64,000 bases of DNA from Actinomycetota bacterium (GCA_016219715.1 JACRKX010000024.1:141-64140); one strand, 5' to 3'. Shown: positions 20,702 through 31,006, counted from the stretch's first letter. The notes: generated from the letters alone by a model not told the origin. Made by a program: numbers and translations.

Positions 20702-21715
20702 ATGGAGGCACTGACTCAACCGGACTTCAAATCGCGTATCGAGGCTCGCGAAGACGTCATCCTGCAACCGGCCGCCGTGCGCTCATACCCGGCTCGCAGA
20801 CGCCGCGCAGAGGCCGACTCGCCGGTTCGCACGCCCTTCCAGCGCGACCGCGACCGGATCGTTCACAGCAAGGCCTTCCGGCGCTTGAAGCACAAGACGC
20901 AGGTCTTCATCTCGCCGCAGGGCGACCACTTCCGCACGCGGCTGACGCACACGCTCGAAGTCAGCGGAATCGCCCGTACCGTCGCGCGAGCCCTTCAGCT
21001 CAACGAAGACCTCGCCGAGGCCATCGCGCTCGGCCACGATCTCGGTCACCCGCCGTTCGGCCACATCGGCGAGACGGCGCTCTCCGAGCGGCTCAAGGCC
21101 CGCTTCGATCTCGATTTCAAGCACAACGAGCACTCGCTGCGCATGGTCGACACGCTCGAGCGCGACGGGGCGGGCCTCAACCTTACGGAGCCCGTGCGCG
21201 ATGGCATCCTCAACCACACAGGACCGGTCAAGCCGTTCTCGCTTGAAGGGCGCATCGTCAAGATCGTCGACCGCATCGGCTACATCAACCACGACATCGA
21301 TGACGCGCTGCGCGCCGGTGTGATCGCTCAGGGCGACCTGCCGCACGACGAGATCGCGTTGCTCGGCGCCTCGCCCGGTGAACGCATCGACACGCTCGTC
21401 AGCGACCTTGTCGCCTGTTCGCAGAACCGCGGCGACATCGCCCAGTCCACTGAGATCGGCGGCGCGATGCTGCGGCTGCGCAAGTTCATGTTCGAAAGCG
21501 TCTACCTGGGGCCGCTGGTGCGCGGCGAGGCCGATCGCGTAACCGAGCTGCTTCAGACGTTGTTCGACCACTACGTCGAGAACCCCGACGCGATCGGCGA
21601 CGGCACCGCGCAGGCCGCCACCGACGCCGAGCTGGCTCAGCGCGTTACCGATTGGATCGCCGGTATGACCGACCGCTACGCCTTTCGCGCTTACGACGAC
21701 CTGAAGGGGCGCTGA
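20702..21715 (+). CDS. dgt: Deoxyguanosinetriphosphate triphosphohydrolase
   Basis: FQRDRDRIVHSKAFRRLKHKTQV, RTRLTHTLEV, HDLGHPPFGH; start uncertain (20651-20702). Confidence 0.95.
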   Translation: MEALTQPDFKSRIEAREDVILQPAAVRSYPARRRRAEADSPVRTPFQRDRDRIVHSKAFRRLKHKTQVFISPQGDHFRTRLTHTLEVSGIARTVARALQLNEDLAEAIALGHDLGHPPFGHIGETALSERLKARFDLDFKHNEHSLRMVDTLERDGAGLNLTEPVRDGILNHTGPVKPFSLEGRIVKIVDRIGYINHDIDDALRAGVIAQGDLPHDEIALLGASPGERIDTLVSDLVACSQNRGDIAQSTEIGGAMLRLRKFMFESVYLGPLVRGEADRVTELLQTLFDHYVENPDAIGDGTAQAATDAELAQRVTDWIAGMTDRYAFRAYDDLKGR

Positions 21716-21719
21716 GAAC

Positions 21720-23459
21720 GTGGCGCGCTTCACGAATCCCTCGCTTGACAAGCTGCGCGACGCCGTCGACATCGTCGACCTGATCAACGGCTACACCGAT
21801 CTGCGCAGGGCCGGGAGCCAGTACACCGGTCTCTGCCCGTTTCACGAGGAGCGCACGCCGAGCTTCAGCGTCAATCCGACAGAGAAGCTCTACTACTGCT
21901 TCGGTTGCCAGGAGGGTGGCGACGCGATTGGCTTCGTCCAGAAGGCCGAGTCGCTCGACTTCGCGCAGACGATCGAGTGGCTCGCCGACCGCTACGGCGT
22001 AGAGCTCGAATACGAGGAGCTCGACCCCAAGGAGGCCGAGCGCCAGAAGCAGCGCGAACGCCTCTACGAACTGCTTGAACGCGCGACGAAGTTCTATGAG
22101 CGCACGCTGGCCGAGAGCGACGAGGCCGGGCCGGCGCGCGAGTACCTGAAGGATCGAGGCTTCAGCCCCGAGGTGCTGGCCAAGTTTCGCGTCGGATACT
22201 CGCCCAAGGCATGGGACAAGCTGTTCGTCCCGGCATTGCGCCAGGGCTTTACCGAGCAGGAGCTGCTGGCAGCCGGCCTTGCCCAGCGCAACGACCGCGG
22301 CCAGATCTACGACCGCTTTCGCGGTCGCGTGATGTTTCCGCTGTCCGACCCGCGCGGGCGCGTGCGCGGCTTCGGCGCACGCGCGATGCGCGACGGCGAC
22401 CGCCCGAAGTACTTGAACTCAGCCGACGGTCCCGTCTACCAGAAGGGCCGCCAGCTATTCGGCGCCAACCACGCTCGCAGCGTCGCCGCCAAGCGTGGCC
22501 GGGTGATCGCCGTCGAGGGGTACGCCGATGTGCTTGCGCTGCACGACGCCGGAATCGAGGAGAGCGTCGCCGTGATGGGCACGGCGATGACCGACGAGCA
22601 GGTCGTCGAACTCGCCCGTCTGGCCTCGCGCATCTATCTCGCACTCGACGCCGACCGTGCCGGCCGTCAGGCAATGATCCGCGCCGCACGGGTTGCCGAC
22701 CGCCACGGTATCGAGCTGCTCGTCGTTGACCTGCCCGCGGGCAAAGACCCAGCCGATTTGATTGCCGAGGGCGGGGCGGAGGCATTCGAAGACCGCGTAC
22801 GCAAGGCGCTGACCGTGGTCGAGTTCGAGATCGCACAAACGCTCGCGGCGGCCGACCTCGACAGCGCGCGCGGACGCGACGCCGCAATCGCCGAACTACA
22901 GCCGATCTTCGAGCTGATTCCGATCGGTGCCGTGAAGGACGAGCAGATCCGACTCGTCGCCGACAAGCTGAAGGTCAGCGAGAACGCACTGGCGGGTTTG
23001 CGAAACGTGCGCGTGAAACACGATCGCCAGGCAGCCGGAAATGCCATCGTGCCGGGCGCGGCGATTCCGGAGAGCGAAAAATCCGAGCGCCTCTTCTTCG
23101 CTTCCTGCCTCAGTTCTCGCGCCGTCGGACCCGAGTATCTCGAAAAACTCACGAACGATCTTTTGTCTACTCCGTTGATGCGCGAGCTGCGCGACCACCT
23201 GCAGAAGAACTTCGAAAAACCGCTTGCGGGAGCCGCATCGCTAAAGCCTGAGCTACGGGATGCCGTTACAGAGGTAGCGATGCTTTCCGAAAGGGAGAAC
23301 GCCTCACCGAAGGCGATCCAGCTGGGATTTCTTCAGCTTGAAAAGGCAGGTCTGGAGCGTGCGCTAGCCGGCTCAGCGGCAAGTGACAAGGCGAAGATCG
23401 AGCTCAAGCGGCAGGAAGTCATAAAACAGCTTGGTGAGTTGACGGCAGAGTTCGCGTAA
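21720..23459 (+). CDS. dnaG: DNA primase
   Basis: CPFH.E.TPSF...CFGC zinc finger, KYLNS, EGYADV, LDADRAG Toprim motifs. Confidence 0.98.
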   Translation: MARFTNPSLDKLRDAVDIVDLINGYTDLRRAGSQYTGLCPFHEERTPSFSVNPTEKLYYCFGCQEGGDAIGFVQKAESLDFAQTIEWLADRYGVELEYEELDPKEAERQKQRERLYELLERATKFYERTLAESDEAGPAREYLKDRGFSPEVLAKFRVGYSPKAWDKLFVPALRQGFTEQELLAAGLAQRNDRGQIYDRFRGRVMFPLSDPRGRVRGFGARAMRDGDRPKYLNSADGPVYQKGRQLFGANHARSVAAKRGRVIAVEGYADVLALHDAGIEESVAVMGTAMTDEQVVELARLASRIYLALDADRAGRQAMIRAARVADRHGIELLVVDLPAGKDPADLIAEGGAEAFEDRVRKALTVVEFEIAQTLAAADLDSARGRDAAIAELQPIFELIPIGAVKDEQIRLVADKLKVSENALAGLRNVRVKHDRQAAGNAIVPGAAIPESEKSERLFFASCLSSRAVGPEYLEKLTNDLLSTPLMRELRDHLQKNFEKPLAGAASLKPELRDAVTEVAMLSERENASPKAIQLGFLQLEKAGLERALAGSAASDKAKIELKRQEVIKQLGELTAEFA

Positions 23460-23494
23460 CTCATCTCCGCAGCCGGAAGGCGCTCGTCTCAAGG

Positions 23495-24421
23495 ATGACC
23501 CGAGTGCTTCAAGAACCTTCAAATCCCGCGCCCACAAACCCTGCGCTTCCGGCGTTCGACAAGACGCTGGACACGACGCCGGGCGAGGGTCGCGAAGCGA
23601 TCGACACGGTGCGCCTGTACCTCAAGGCGATCGGCGAGCGCAAGCTACTGTCGGCCGAAGACGAGGTGCGCTTGGCGAAGCGCATCGAGCGCGCGGACAA
23701 CGACGCCAAGAACCAGATGATCGAGGCCAACCTGCGTCTCGTCGTCAGTATCGCGAAGCGTTACAACGACCGCGGTCTATCGCTGCTGGACCTGATCCAG
23801 GAAGGCAATGTCGGGCTGATGCGCGCAGTTGAGAAGTTCGACTGGCGCCGCGGCTACAAGTTCAGCACCTACGCCGCCTGGTGGATCCGTCAGGGAATCA
23901 CTCGCGCGATCGCCGACCAGGCGCGCACGATCCGTATCCCGGTTCACCTGCTGCAGAACGTCAACAAGGTGGCAGCCGTGCGCCGCCGGCTCGAGCAGGA
24001 GTTAGGCCGTGAGCCCGCGGAAGAGGAGATCGCCCAGGCGCTCGAAATGGACGTCGAGGACGTCAAGAATCTGATGGAGCTAAACGCCGACACAGTGTCG
24101 CTGGACACGCCGATCGGCAGCGATGAAGGCAGCGCAACGCTGGGTGACGTCGTCGAAGACGGCGCGGAACTGCGCCCCGAAGAGATCGTCGCAGAGCGGC
24201 TGCTCTCCGAGGACATCGATGTCGTGCTGGGCCAGCTCAACGACCGCGAACGCCGCGTGATCGAGCTTCGATACGGCATCACCGGCGACGAGCCGCTGAC
24301 CCTGGTCGAGATCGGCAAGTACATCGGCGTCACGCGCGAACGCGTGCGCCAGATCGAGATCGCCGCGATCAACAAGCTCCGCCGCGGTCACGAGACCGAG
24401 CGCCTGCGGCGCGTGGTCTGA
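23495..24421 (+). CDS. Sigma-70 factor (RpoD/SigA-like, no extended region 1.1)
   Basis: [57 protein letters not shown]. Confidence 0.93.
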   Translation: MTRVLQEPSNPAPTNPALPAFDKTLDTTPGEGREAIDTVRLYLKAIGERKLLSAEDEVRLAKRIERADNDAKNQMIEANLRLVVSIAKRYNDRGLSLLDLIQEGNVGLMRAVEKFDWRRGYKFSTYAAWWIRQGITRAIADQARTIRIPVHLLQNVNKVAAVRRRLEQELGREPAEEEIAQALEMDVEDVKNLMELNADTVSLDTPIGSDEGSATLGDVVEDGAELRPEEIVAERLLSEDIDVVLGQLNDRERRVIELRYGITGDEPLTLVEIGKYIGVTRERVRQIEIAAINKLRRGHETERLRRVV

Positions 24422-24540
24422 GCGCCGGCGCGCCGGCAGAGCAGCGGAATTGCGCTCCAGTTCCGCGGCTTTCGCGATCGCTTTTCGCTACGTGACGCCG
24501 GGCGCCTGATCGGGCCCTGCTACAACTTCGCTCCGGAAAG

Positions 24541-24556
24541 TTAGGCAACCCTAACT
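24541..24556. promoter_or_regulatory. DtxR/IdeR/MntR-type operator (TTAGG-N4-CCTAA), site 1
   Basis: TTAGGCAACCCTAACT, 17 bp upstream of the 24574 ORF; identical to 26076-26091. Confidence 0.8.
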
Positions 24557-24573
24557 CTAGGGACGGAGATGAG

Positions 24574-26019
24574 ATGATGCAGCGGCGGCGTACGGTGGCC
24601 ATGGCGACTCTGGCGGTCCTGGCGACGACTGCCGTGGTGCCGCCGACGGCGGCGGCTCACGGCTTTTTCGACCGCGTCAACCCGCCGATCCCCCAGTGGC
24701 TCTTCATTTGGGCCGCGGCGATAGTCCTGATCGTGTCATTCGTGGCACTGGGCGCGCTGTGGTCGAAACCGAAGTTCGGCGATGGGAACTGGCGTCCGTT
24801 GCCCGCGATCGTCTCGCGCATCCTGACCGGGCGTATCGTCGCCGTGGTCTGCGGCGCGACCGGCGTGGTCCTATTGGCGACGGTCGTGGTGAGTGGTCTG
24901 GCGGGGCGGCAGGTCGTCGAAGACAACTTCGCGCCGATCTTCGTTTACGTCGTCTTCTGGATCGGGCTTGTTCCGCTGAGTGCGTTGTTCGGCGATGTCT
25001 TCCGGGCATTCAACCCGTGGCGCGCGATCGGCCGCGCGACGGCGTCGCTAAGTCGCGCGATCACCGGCAGACCGCTGCGAGCCCGGCGGGCCTATCCGGC
25101 GTGGCTGGGTCTCTGGCCGGCTACCTGCACGCTGGTCGCGTTCGCGCTACTCGAGTACGTCCACTCCGGCGGTATGCAGCCGCGTACGATCGCTGTTGCG
25201 ACGATCGTGTATTCGGTCGTGACGTTTGCGGGCATGGCACTGTTCGGCGTCGACCGGTGGCTGGATCGCGGCGAGGGTTTCTCGGTGTACTTCAACCTGT
25301 TCTCGCGAGTGTCGGTATTCGAGCGACGCGCGGGAACGATCGGATTGCGTCCACCGCTGGCGGGGCTGGCTGGAGTGCGCCCGCTTCCGGGCATATCGGT
25401 ACTACTCGCCGTGATGATCGGCGCGGTCACTTTCGACAGTCTCGGCGAGGGGCCCACCGGACAGGCCGTGATCGCAGATCTTCAGCGGACTGCCGAGTGG
25501 TTCGGTCTGAACACTGTCGCGGCCACGCAGGTGGCGCTCGTCGTTGGACTCGCGGCGGTGATCGCCGCTGTCCTGGGTTTCTATCGCCTGGGGATTGCCG
25601 GCGTACACAGGGTGTGCGGCGGGCCGTCGTCTAAGCAGTTGGCGGTGGAGTTTGCTCCGACACTCGTGCCGATCGCGCTCGCCTATGTCGGCGCCCACTA
25701 CCTGACGCTGCTGTTGTTTCAGGGGCAGGCGATCTTCGCGCTGGCGTCGGATCCGCTCGGAAACGGCAGCGACCTTTTCGGCACCGCCGGCACGATGATC
25801 GATCGCGGTCTCGTCGGCTCGACGACGATCTGGTACATGCAGGTCGGGCTGGTCGTGGTCGGCCATGTGGCGGGATTGATGCTGGCGCATGATCGCGCGC
25901 TCGTTCTGTACCGGAATCCGCGTGATGTGCTGCGCTCGCAGTTATGGATGCTCGGCGTGATGGTCGGATTCACGGTGCTCGCGCTCTGGCTTCTGTCCCA
26001 GGTGAGCGGCTGGGTGTAG
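24574..26019 (+). CDS. Polytopic membrane protein, FedB/'fenitrothion hydrolase'-like family (paralogue 2)
   Basis: Signal-like N-terminus ending AAA-HG; same GDVFRAFNPW, AHY, SDPLG, GH...AHD, SQLWML motifs as 607..1959. Confidence 0.85.
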   Translation: MMQRRRTVAMATLAVLATTAVVPPTAAAHGFFDRVNPPIPQWLFIWAAAIVLIVSFVALGALWSKPKFGDGNWRPLPAIVSRILTGRIVAVVCGATGVVLLATVVVSGLAGRQVVEDNFAPIFVYVVFWIGLVPLSALFGDVFRAFNPWRAIGRATASLSRAITGRPLRARRAYPAWLGLWPATCTLVAFALLEYVHSGGMQPRTIAVATIVYSVVTFAGMALFGVDRWLDRGEGFSVYFNLFSRVSVFERRAGTIGLRPPLAGLAGVRPLPGISVLLAVMIGAVTFDSLGEGPTGQAVIADLQRTAEWFGLNTVAATQVALVVGLAAVIAAVLGFYRLGIAGVHRVCGGPSSKQLAVEFAPTLVPIALAYVGAHYLTLLLFQGQAIFALASDPLGNGSDLFGTAGTMIDRGLVGSTTIWYMQVGLVVVGHVAGLMLAHDRALVLYRNPRDVLRSQLWMLGVMVGFTVLALWLLSQVSGWV

Positions 26020-26075
26020 ATCGGGCCGCCAGTTTCTTGGTCGATCGAACCTTGCGTTATGATCTGCTCACTTTA

Positions 26076-26091
26076 TTAGGCAACCCTAACT
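26076..26091. promoter_or_regulatory. DtxR/IdeR/MntR-type operator, site 2
   Basis: TTAGGCAACCCTAACT in an AT-rich spacer, 12 bp downstream of a TATGAT -10 hexamer (26058-26063). Confidence 0.8.
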
Positions 26092-26156
26092 TTATAAAGA
26101 CTTTCCCAACGCGTCTGCATCTTGCCGACGACCAGAACCTCGGAGGTTCAGAAGAG

Positions 26157-26924
26157 ATGAATAAGTTCCTCGGCCAATCGATCTCGATCTTGCTTGCGCT
26201 GTTGATTTCCGCCGGAGCCCTGGCCGGCTGCGGTAACGACGACGAGGGCGGAAAGACCGCCTCTACGGCCAAGGCCTCGGCGGGGCAGATCGAGCAAGCG
26301 GGCCAGCTGGCGATGATCCGAGCGCACCAGATCGCCTCCGAGAGTCTCTACGAGAAAGGGCAGGTTGCGAAGTCGGCCAAGCACGCCGGCCACCCGGTCG
26401 AGGAAGTCTTCTTCGCGTTGTCGCGCACTCTGCGCTCGAAAGACGCCGCGTTGACCGCCGATCTAAGGACTGCGTTGAAGCGCCCCAATGACGTCATTTA
26501 CGCGCGCGAGCCGGCTGCCAAGCTGAAGACCGCATACAAGGACGCCGGGCGAGAGGTCGAGCGCGCCGAGGCAACGCTTGTGCCGGAAGCGATGCGGGAT
26601 ACGACCGCCTTTCGCGCTCAGGTGATCGCGAATCTGCTGGAGACGGTCCATCACGAGTACTCGGAAGCTGTCGTGAACGGCACTCTGAAGATGGAGCTCG
26701 AGTACCAAGACGCCTGGGGTGCGTTGAAAGTTGCTGACGCCCGGTTCGCCGCCGCGCGCGCGGAATTCGGAGATCAGGCCAGCGAGATCGAGCGAAACCT
26801 TCATGAACTGAACCATCTGCTTCCCGGCGTTGAGCCTCCGGCGCGACTCGCCACTCCCGAGGCCGTAGGGGTGGCGGTCGACGGCGCGGTCGCGGCGCTC
26901 AACGAGGTGGCTCAAGCTCGATGA
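26157..26924 (+). CDS. Helical lipoprotein, putative metal-binding
   Basis: GGAGG RBS, lipobox LAGC, motifs HAGHPVEE, HHEYSEA and EYQDAWG. Confidence 0.8.
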   Translation: MNKFLGQSISILLALLISAGALAGCGNDDEGGKTASTAKASAGQIEQAGQLAMIRAHQIASESLYEKGQVAKSAKHAGHPVEEVFFALSRTLRSKDAALTADLRTALKRPNDVIYAREPAAKLKTAYKDAGREVERAEATLVPEAMRDTTAFRAQVIANLLETVHHEYSEAVVNGTLKMELEYQDAWGALKVADARFAAARAEFGDQASEIERNLHELNHLLPGVEPPARLATPEAVGVAVDGAVAALNEVAQAR

Positions 26925-27438
26925 TCGGCACGCCTTCGGCTTCGGCGGCGGCGCCGAACATCTCGTAGTCGTAGTCCGAGAAGAGGCAGAACCGGGCCAC
27001 CCGAACCTCAGGGTGGCCCGACAGTGCCTCGTATACGGCAGCGAGCGCGGTCGGTGCGGCCAGCTCGACGGGATAGCCATAGACGCCGGTTGAAATAGCC
27101 GGCAGCGCGACTGAATTGCAGTCGAGCTCGGCAGCCTTCGCGATCGAGTTTCGGTAGGCGGCCGCCAGCAGCTCCTTTTCGCCCTGTCCGCCGCCACGCC
27201 AGACCGGTCCGACTGCGTGGATCACGATCTTCGCGTGTAGCTTGCCCGCGGGGGTCGCGAAGGCGTCGCCGACCGGCACGAACGGCGCTTCGAACGAGGC
27301 TTCGGTCAGTGCCGGGCCGGCGGCCAGCGCGATCGCCCGCGCGAGGCCACCTACGTGTTCGAGATGCGAGTTCGCGGCATTGACGATCGCATCGACTTCC
27401 TGAGCGGTGATGTCGGCTTTGAGAAGTTCGATCGCCAT
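26899..27438 (-). CDS. Macro-domain (ADP-ribose binding/hydrolase) protein
   Basis: DIT...DAIVNAAN..L...GG...AI, VIHAVGP, ALPAISTGVYGYP. Confidence 0.93.
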   Translation of the reverse strand: MAIELLKADITAQEVDAIVNAANSHLEHVGGLARAIALAAGPALTEASFEAPFVPVGDAFATPAGKLHAKIVIHAVGPVWRGGGQGEKELLAAAYRNSIAKAAELDCNSVALPAISTGVYGYPVELAAPTALAAVYEALSGHPEVRVARFCLFSDYDYEMFGAAAEAEGVPIIELEPPR

Positions 27439-27471
27439 GGTGTGAAGTATGCCTGCCTCCACACAACGACG

Positions 27472-27502
27472 AAGGCCGCGCCCAGTAGATGGACGCGGCC
27501 TT
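27472..27502 (-). terminator. Hairpin downstream of tRNA-Asn
   Basis: AAGGCCGCG...CGCGGCCTT 9-bp stem just past the tRNA 3' end. Confidence 0.6.
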
Positions 27503-27508
27503 AAGGAG

Positions 27509-27581
27509 CTCCCCGGGTTGGACTCGAACCAACGACATTTCGGTTAACAGCCGAACGCTCTACCAGCTGAGCTACCGGGGA
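27509..27581 (-). tRNA. tRNA-Asn (GTT)
   Basis: Reverse complement TCCCCGGTAGCTCAGCTGGTAGAGCGTTCGGCTGTTAACCGAA...GGTTCGAGTCC...CCGGGGAG; no encoded CCA. Confidence 0.96.
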
Positions 27582-27639
27582 ATGCGAATGGGAAAGGTAC
27601 CAGCCGGATCGATCGCCCCGGCCTCGTCTGGGTGGGCGC

Positions 27640-28857
27640 TCAGGCGCTGAACGCCTCGATCTCGTCGGCGGCTCGTTCCGCTCCGTTGTTATCGGCCGCC
27701 CACGCGGCGAGTTGACGGGCGCGCTCTGTCATCTCCGGATGGCGCAGAACCTTCTCGACCGCGGCGGCGATCGTGCGACGCGACAGGAAGCGGCTGGGCA
27801 CGGACACGCCGACGCCGGCCCATCGCAGGCGGGCCCCGTTCTCGAACTGATCGCCGCTTGCGGGGATCACGACCGGCACCGTGCCGCTGGTCAGCGCGCG
27901 CATGATCGTGCCGTGTCCGCCGTGGCAAACGATCACGTCGGCGATCGGCATCACCTGCGAATAGCTCACCCAGCCGACGATGACGGTGTTCGCTCCGGGT
28001 TTGAGTGGATGCTCAGGCTCGCGGGCGTTCTTCGTTGCCAGCACGCGTACGGGCAGGTCGCGCAGTCCGCTGACGCTTGCGCCCAGCATGCGGTGCTGTA
28101 AGTCTTGAGCGGTGCTTGGGGCGATGACGACTAGCGGGTCGTCGCCGGGCGGCAGCTCCGTTGGCCGCGACGGCGGTTCCCACATCACCGGACCGATCAC
28201 CTTTACGTGCGGGGGCCAATCGCGCGGCGGCTCGAGCTGGGGAAGCGTTCCAACCAGAACAAGATCCTGCGAGAGACCGCCGTGAACACGGTCGATCGCC
28301 GGCAATCCCACGTGCCGGCGCGTCTCGTTCATCTCGTCGCGGCCGAACTCCAGGGCGCGCCGTTCGAGGCGGCCGAGTCGTTTGAAGAAGGCTCGGGCGA
28401 TTGGGTTGTGCGCCGGCGCCCAGCCGCTGCCAAACGGCACAGTGTCGTCGCCGGTCGCATGCCAGAAGTGAGGTACGAAGCTGACGAGCGGCACGTTGTT
28501 TAGCTCTGATGCAAGCGTTCCCGAAAGCGTCAGCACGTCGCTGACCACAACATCGGGGCGAAAGTCCTGGATCACGCCGGAGAGCTGCCGCGCCGCCAGC
28601 GCCGCGGCTTCGTGAACGTTGGGTGCCGGCTGATCGGGTGGATGCTCGAAGACCGGTGCCTTGAAGAAGCGCATGCCGGCGGCTTCGATGTGCTCCTGCC
28701 AGCGGAACCACGTGTGCAGCCCGACCTCGTGCCCGCGCGCGACCAGCTCTCGGCCGATCGCGATTAGCGGAAAAGCATGCCCGGCCTCGCCGATCGCGAC
28801 CAGCAGGTAGCGGCGCTTGGCGCCCTGCCCACTTGAATTGGCGTTGCCGCGGTTCAC
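27640..28857 (-). CDS. GT1/MGT-type UDP-glycosyltransferase
   Basis: GEAGHAFP, WVSYSQVM...VCHGGHGT, P.SGDQFEN (PSPG-like); start set at GTG 28857. Confidence 0.88.
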   Translation of the reverse strand: MNRGNANSSGQGAKRRYLLVAIGEAGHAFPLIAIGRELVARGHEVGLHTWFRWQEHIEAAGMRFFKAPVFEHPPDQPAPNVHEAAALAARQLSGVIQDFRPDVVVSDVLTLSGTLASELNNVPLVSFVPHFWHATGDDTVPFGSGWAPAHNPIARAFFKRLGRLERRALEFGRDEMNETRRHVGLPAIDRVHGGLSQDLVLVGTLPQLEPPRDWPPHVKVIGPVMWEPPSRPTELPPGDDPLVVIAPSTAQDLQHRMLGASVSGLRDLPVRVLATKNAREPEHPLKPGANTVIVGWVSYSQVMPIADVIVCHGGHGTIMRALTSGTVPVVIPASGDQFENGARLRWAGVGVSVPSRFLSRRTIAAAVEKVLRHPEMTERARQLAAWAADNNGAERAADEIEAFSA

Positions 28858-28868
28858 CGGCGGCGCGG

Positions 28869-29906
28869 CTACGCCGCCGCCTCGGCGACCGTCTGCAGGA
28901 TCGTGCGGCGACCGGCCTCGTCGGGCGCCATCGGCGAGATCAGCAGGTTGTCGACGCCGACGTCGCGGTAGGCGGCGATGCGCTCGGCCACCTGCTCCTT
29001 CGTGCCGACCAGCGAGACCAGGTCGATCAGCTCGGCCGGTAGCGCCGCGGCTGCTTCGTCGTACTTCTTGTCGAGATAGAGATCCTGAACGCGCCTGGCG
29101 TCGTCCTCGTAACCGTACGAGCTGACGAGATTGTTGTAGAAGTTCTTGTTGCGCGCTCCCATGCCGCCGATGTAGAGCGCCATGATCGGGCGGATCGTGT
29201 CGCGCAGGGCGTCGATGTCGCCGTCGCCGGTCGAGGCGAAGACGCTTGGCGAGATTGCGACGTCGTCGAGCGAGCGGCCCGCGCGCGCGGCGCCCTCGGC
29301 GAGGTTGGCGTTGAGCTTGGCCGCGTGTTCGGGCGCGTAGAGGTAGGGCAACCAGCCGTCGCACAGCTCGCCGGCAAGTGCCGTGTTGTTCGGGCCGATC
29401 GCCGCCAGATAGATCGGAATGCGCTCCTGGACCGGCGGCAGCATGATCTTCAGGGGCTTGCCGAGCCCATCGGGCAGTGGCAGCTTGTAGATGTCGCCGT
29501 CGTACTCGACGCGCTCACGTCCGAGCATCTTGCGCAGGATCTCGACGTACTCACGCGTGCGCTGGATCTGCTTGGCGAAGGGCTGACCGTGCCAGCCTTC
29601 GGCGACCTGCGGGCCGCTGCTACCGAGTCCGAGAATGAACCGGCCGCCGCTGATGCAGTCGAGCGTCGTGGCCGTCATCGCACAGTTGCCGGGGGTGCGC
29701 CCTGGGATCTGGAAGATCGCCGAGCCGAGCTTGATCCGCTCGGTCTGAGAGGCGAACCAGGCCAGCGGCGTGGCGGCGTCGCTGCCGTACGCCTCGGCCG
29801 TCCAGACGCTGTCGTAGCCGAACTGCTCGGCCGCCTTCACCGTTTGCAGCTGTTCGAGCAGCAGGTCGCGGTTGACCACGTAGCCGACGTGTACTCCAAG
29901 TTTCAT
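28869..29906 (-). CDS. LLM-class F420-dependent oxidoreductase
   Basis: WTAEAYGSDA.TPLAW, GRFILGLG.SGPQVAEGWHG, LYIGGMGA..KNFYN. Confidence 0.92.
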   Translation of the reverse strand: MKLGVHVGYVVNRDLLLEQLQTVKAAEQFGYDSVWTAEAYGSDAATPLAWFASQTERIKLGSAIFQIPGRTPGNCAMTATTLDCISGGRFILGLGSSGPQVAEGWHGQPFAKQIQRTREYVEILRKMLGRERVEYDGDIYKLPLPDGLGKPLKIMLPPVQERIPIYLAAIGPNNTALAGELCDGWLPYLYAPEHAAKLNANLAEGAARAGRSLDDVAISPSVFASTGDGDIDALRDTIRPIMALYIGGMGARNKNFYNNLVSSYGYEDDARRVQDLYLDKKYDEAAAALPAELIDLVSLVGTKEQVAERIAAYRDVGVDNLLISPMAPDEAGRRTILQTVAEAAA

Positions 29907-29923
29907 TGGGGGGACTCCAGTCG

Positions 29924-30652
29924 CTAGAAGAGGTCGTCGCCGACGCGCTCGAAGACGATCTCGGGGATTCGCACGTTGGGTGACAGGGAAAGCAGCCACA
30001 GAACGGCGCTCGACAGGTCTTCTGGGCGGATCATCTTCTCGCCGGGTACGCCGCCGTGCTGCGCGAACTCGGTCATCGGCGTCTCGACGAAGGCGGGGGA
30101 GAGGGCCGTGACGCGGATGCCCTCGTTCTGCAACTCCTTGTGGATGCCGTTGCTCCAGTTGGCGATCGCGGCCTTGGTGGCGGCGTAGACCGACAGCCAC
30201 GGCTGCCCGTACCGGCCGGCGATCGACGCGAGATTGATGATGTAGGAGGTCTCGTTTGCCTTGGCGGACTCGCGCAGCATCGGCAACGCCTCTCGCGTGC
30301 AGATCACGGTTGAGCGGATGTTTACGTCGAGCTGCATGTCGAGGTACTTGGTCTGCGTGTCACCGACCGCCGAGCCGATGCCCACCCCGGCGTTGTTGAC
30401 GAGCACGTCGAGGCCGCCGTATCTGTCTTCGTGCGACTGGACGAGCGCGATGACCGACTGTTCGCTCGCTGCATCGCAGACGACGTCGTTGATCTCACGA
30501 CCACCCTCGCGTAGTGCCTCGGCAGCTCCCCGCAACTTCTCTTCGCGGCGACCACTGATCGTGACGGCGAATCCGTCGCCGGCGAGCGCCTTGGCGATTG
30601 CGTAGCCGATGCCGCTGGAGCCGCCGGTGACGAGTGCTGTGCGCTGTGACAC
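29924..30652 (-). CDS. Short-chain dehydrogenase/reductase
   Basis: TGGSSGIG, NNAG, YAATK; start set at GTG 30652. Confidence 0.92.
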   Translation of the reverse strand: MSQRTALVTGGSSGIGYAIAKALAGDGFAVTISGRREEKLRGAAEALREGGREINDVVCDAASEQSVIALVQSHEDRYGGLDVLVNNAGVGIGSAVGDTQTKYLDMQLDVNIRSTVICTREALPMLRESAKANETSYIINLASIAGRYGQPWLSVYAATKAAIANWSNGIHKELQNEGIRVTALSPAFVETPMTEFAQHGGVPGEKMIRPEDLSSAVLWLLSLSPNVRIPEIVFERVGDDLF

Positions 30653-30736
30653 GAGGTGAAAGATTTCCTGCCGGACGAGGGTGCGAGCAGGCACGCCCTC
30701 CATTGCGTGCGGCATCATATCGGCGTGGCGGCTTCG

Positions 30737-31006
30737 ATGGACGATCTGGTCGAGCGGTTCAGGGCGGAGGCCGTTGAGCGCTTCGAGCGCATTCGCGAAC
30801 TGTCCGTGGACGACACACTCGGCGACGACAGGTACGAGGCGATCCGCGAGGAGGCGCACAAGTTGAAAGGCGCGGCAGGCATGCTCGGCTTCTCCGAGTT
30901 GAAGGAGCGCGCCGCGGAGCTGGAGGATCTCGTCAGGCTCGGTCCCGACTCGGCCTCTGCGCTCGGCGTGGCCGTGGCGAGAATGCACGACGCGCTGCCG
31001 GCCTGA
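30737..31006 (+). CDS. Stand-alone Hpt (histidine phosphotransfer) protein
   Basis: EAHKLKGAAGMLGF..L...A.ELE Hpt signature. Confidence 0.85.
   Translation: MDDLVERFRAEAVERFERIRELSVDDTLGDDRYEAIREEAHKLKGAAGMLGFSELKERAAELEDLVRLGPDSASALGVAVARMHDALPA

Noticed and set aside
26899..27438. Macro domain as the DarG antitoxin or part of an anti-phage system
   Set aside because: Stand-alone YmdB-like length with no adjacent DarT, sirtuin or TIR gene
24422..27509. Genomic island integrated at the tRNA-Asn 3' end
   Set aside because: No duplicated tRNA 3' fragment or integrase found by eye
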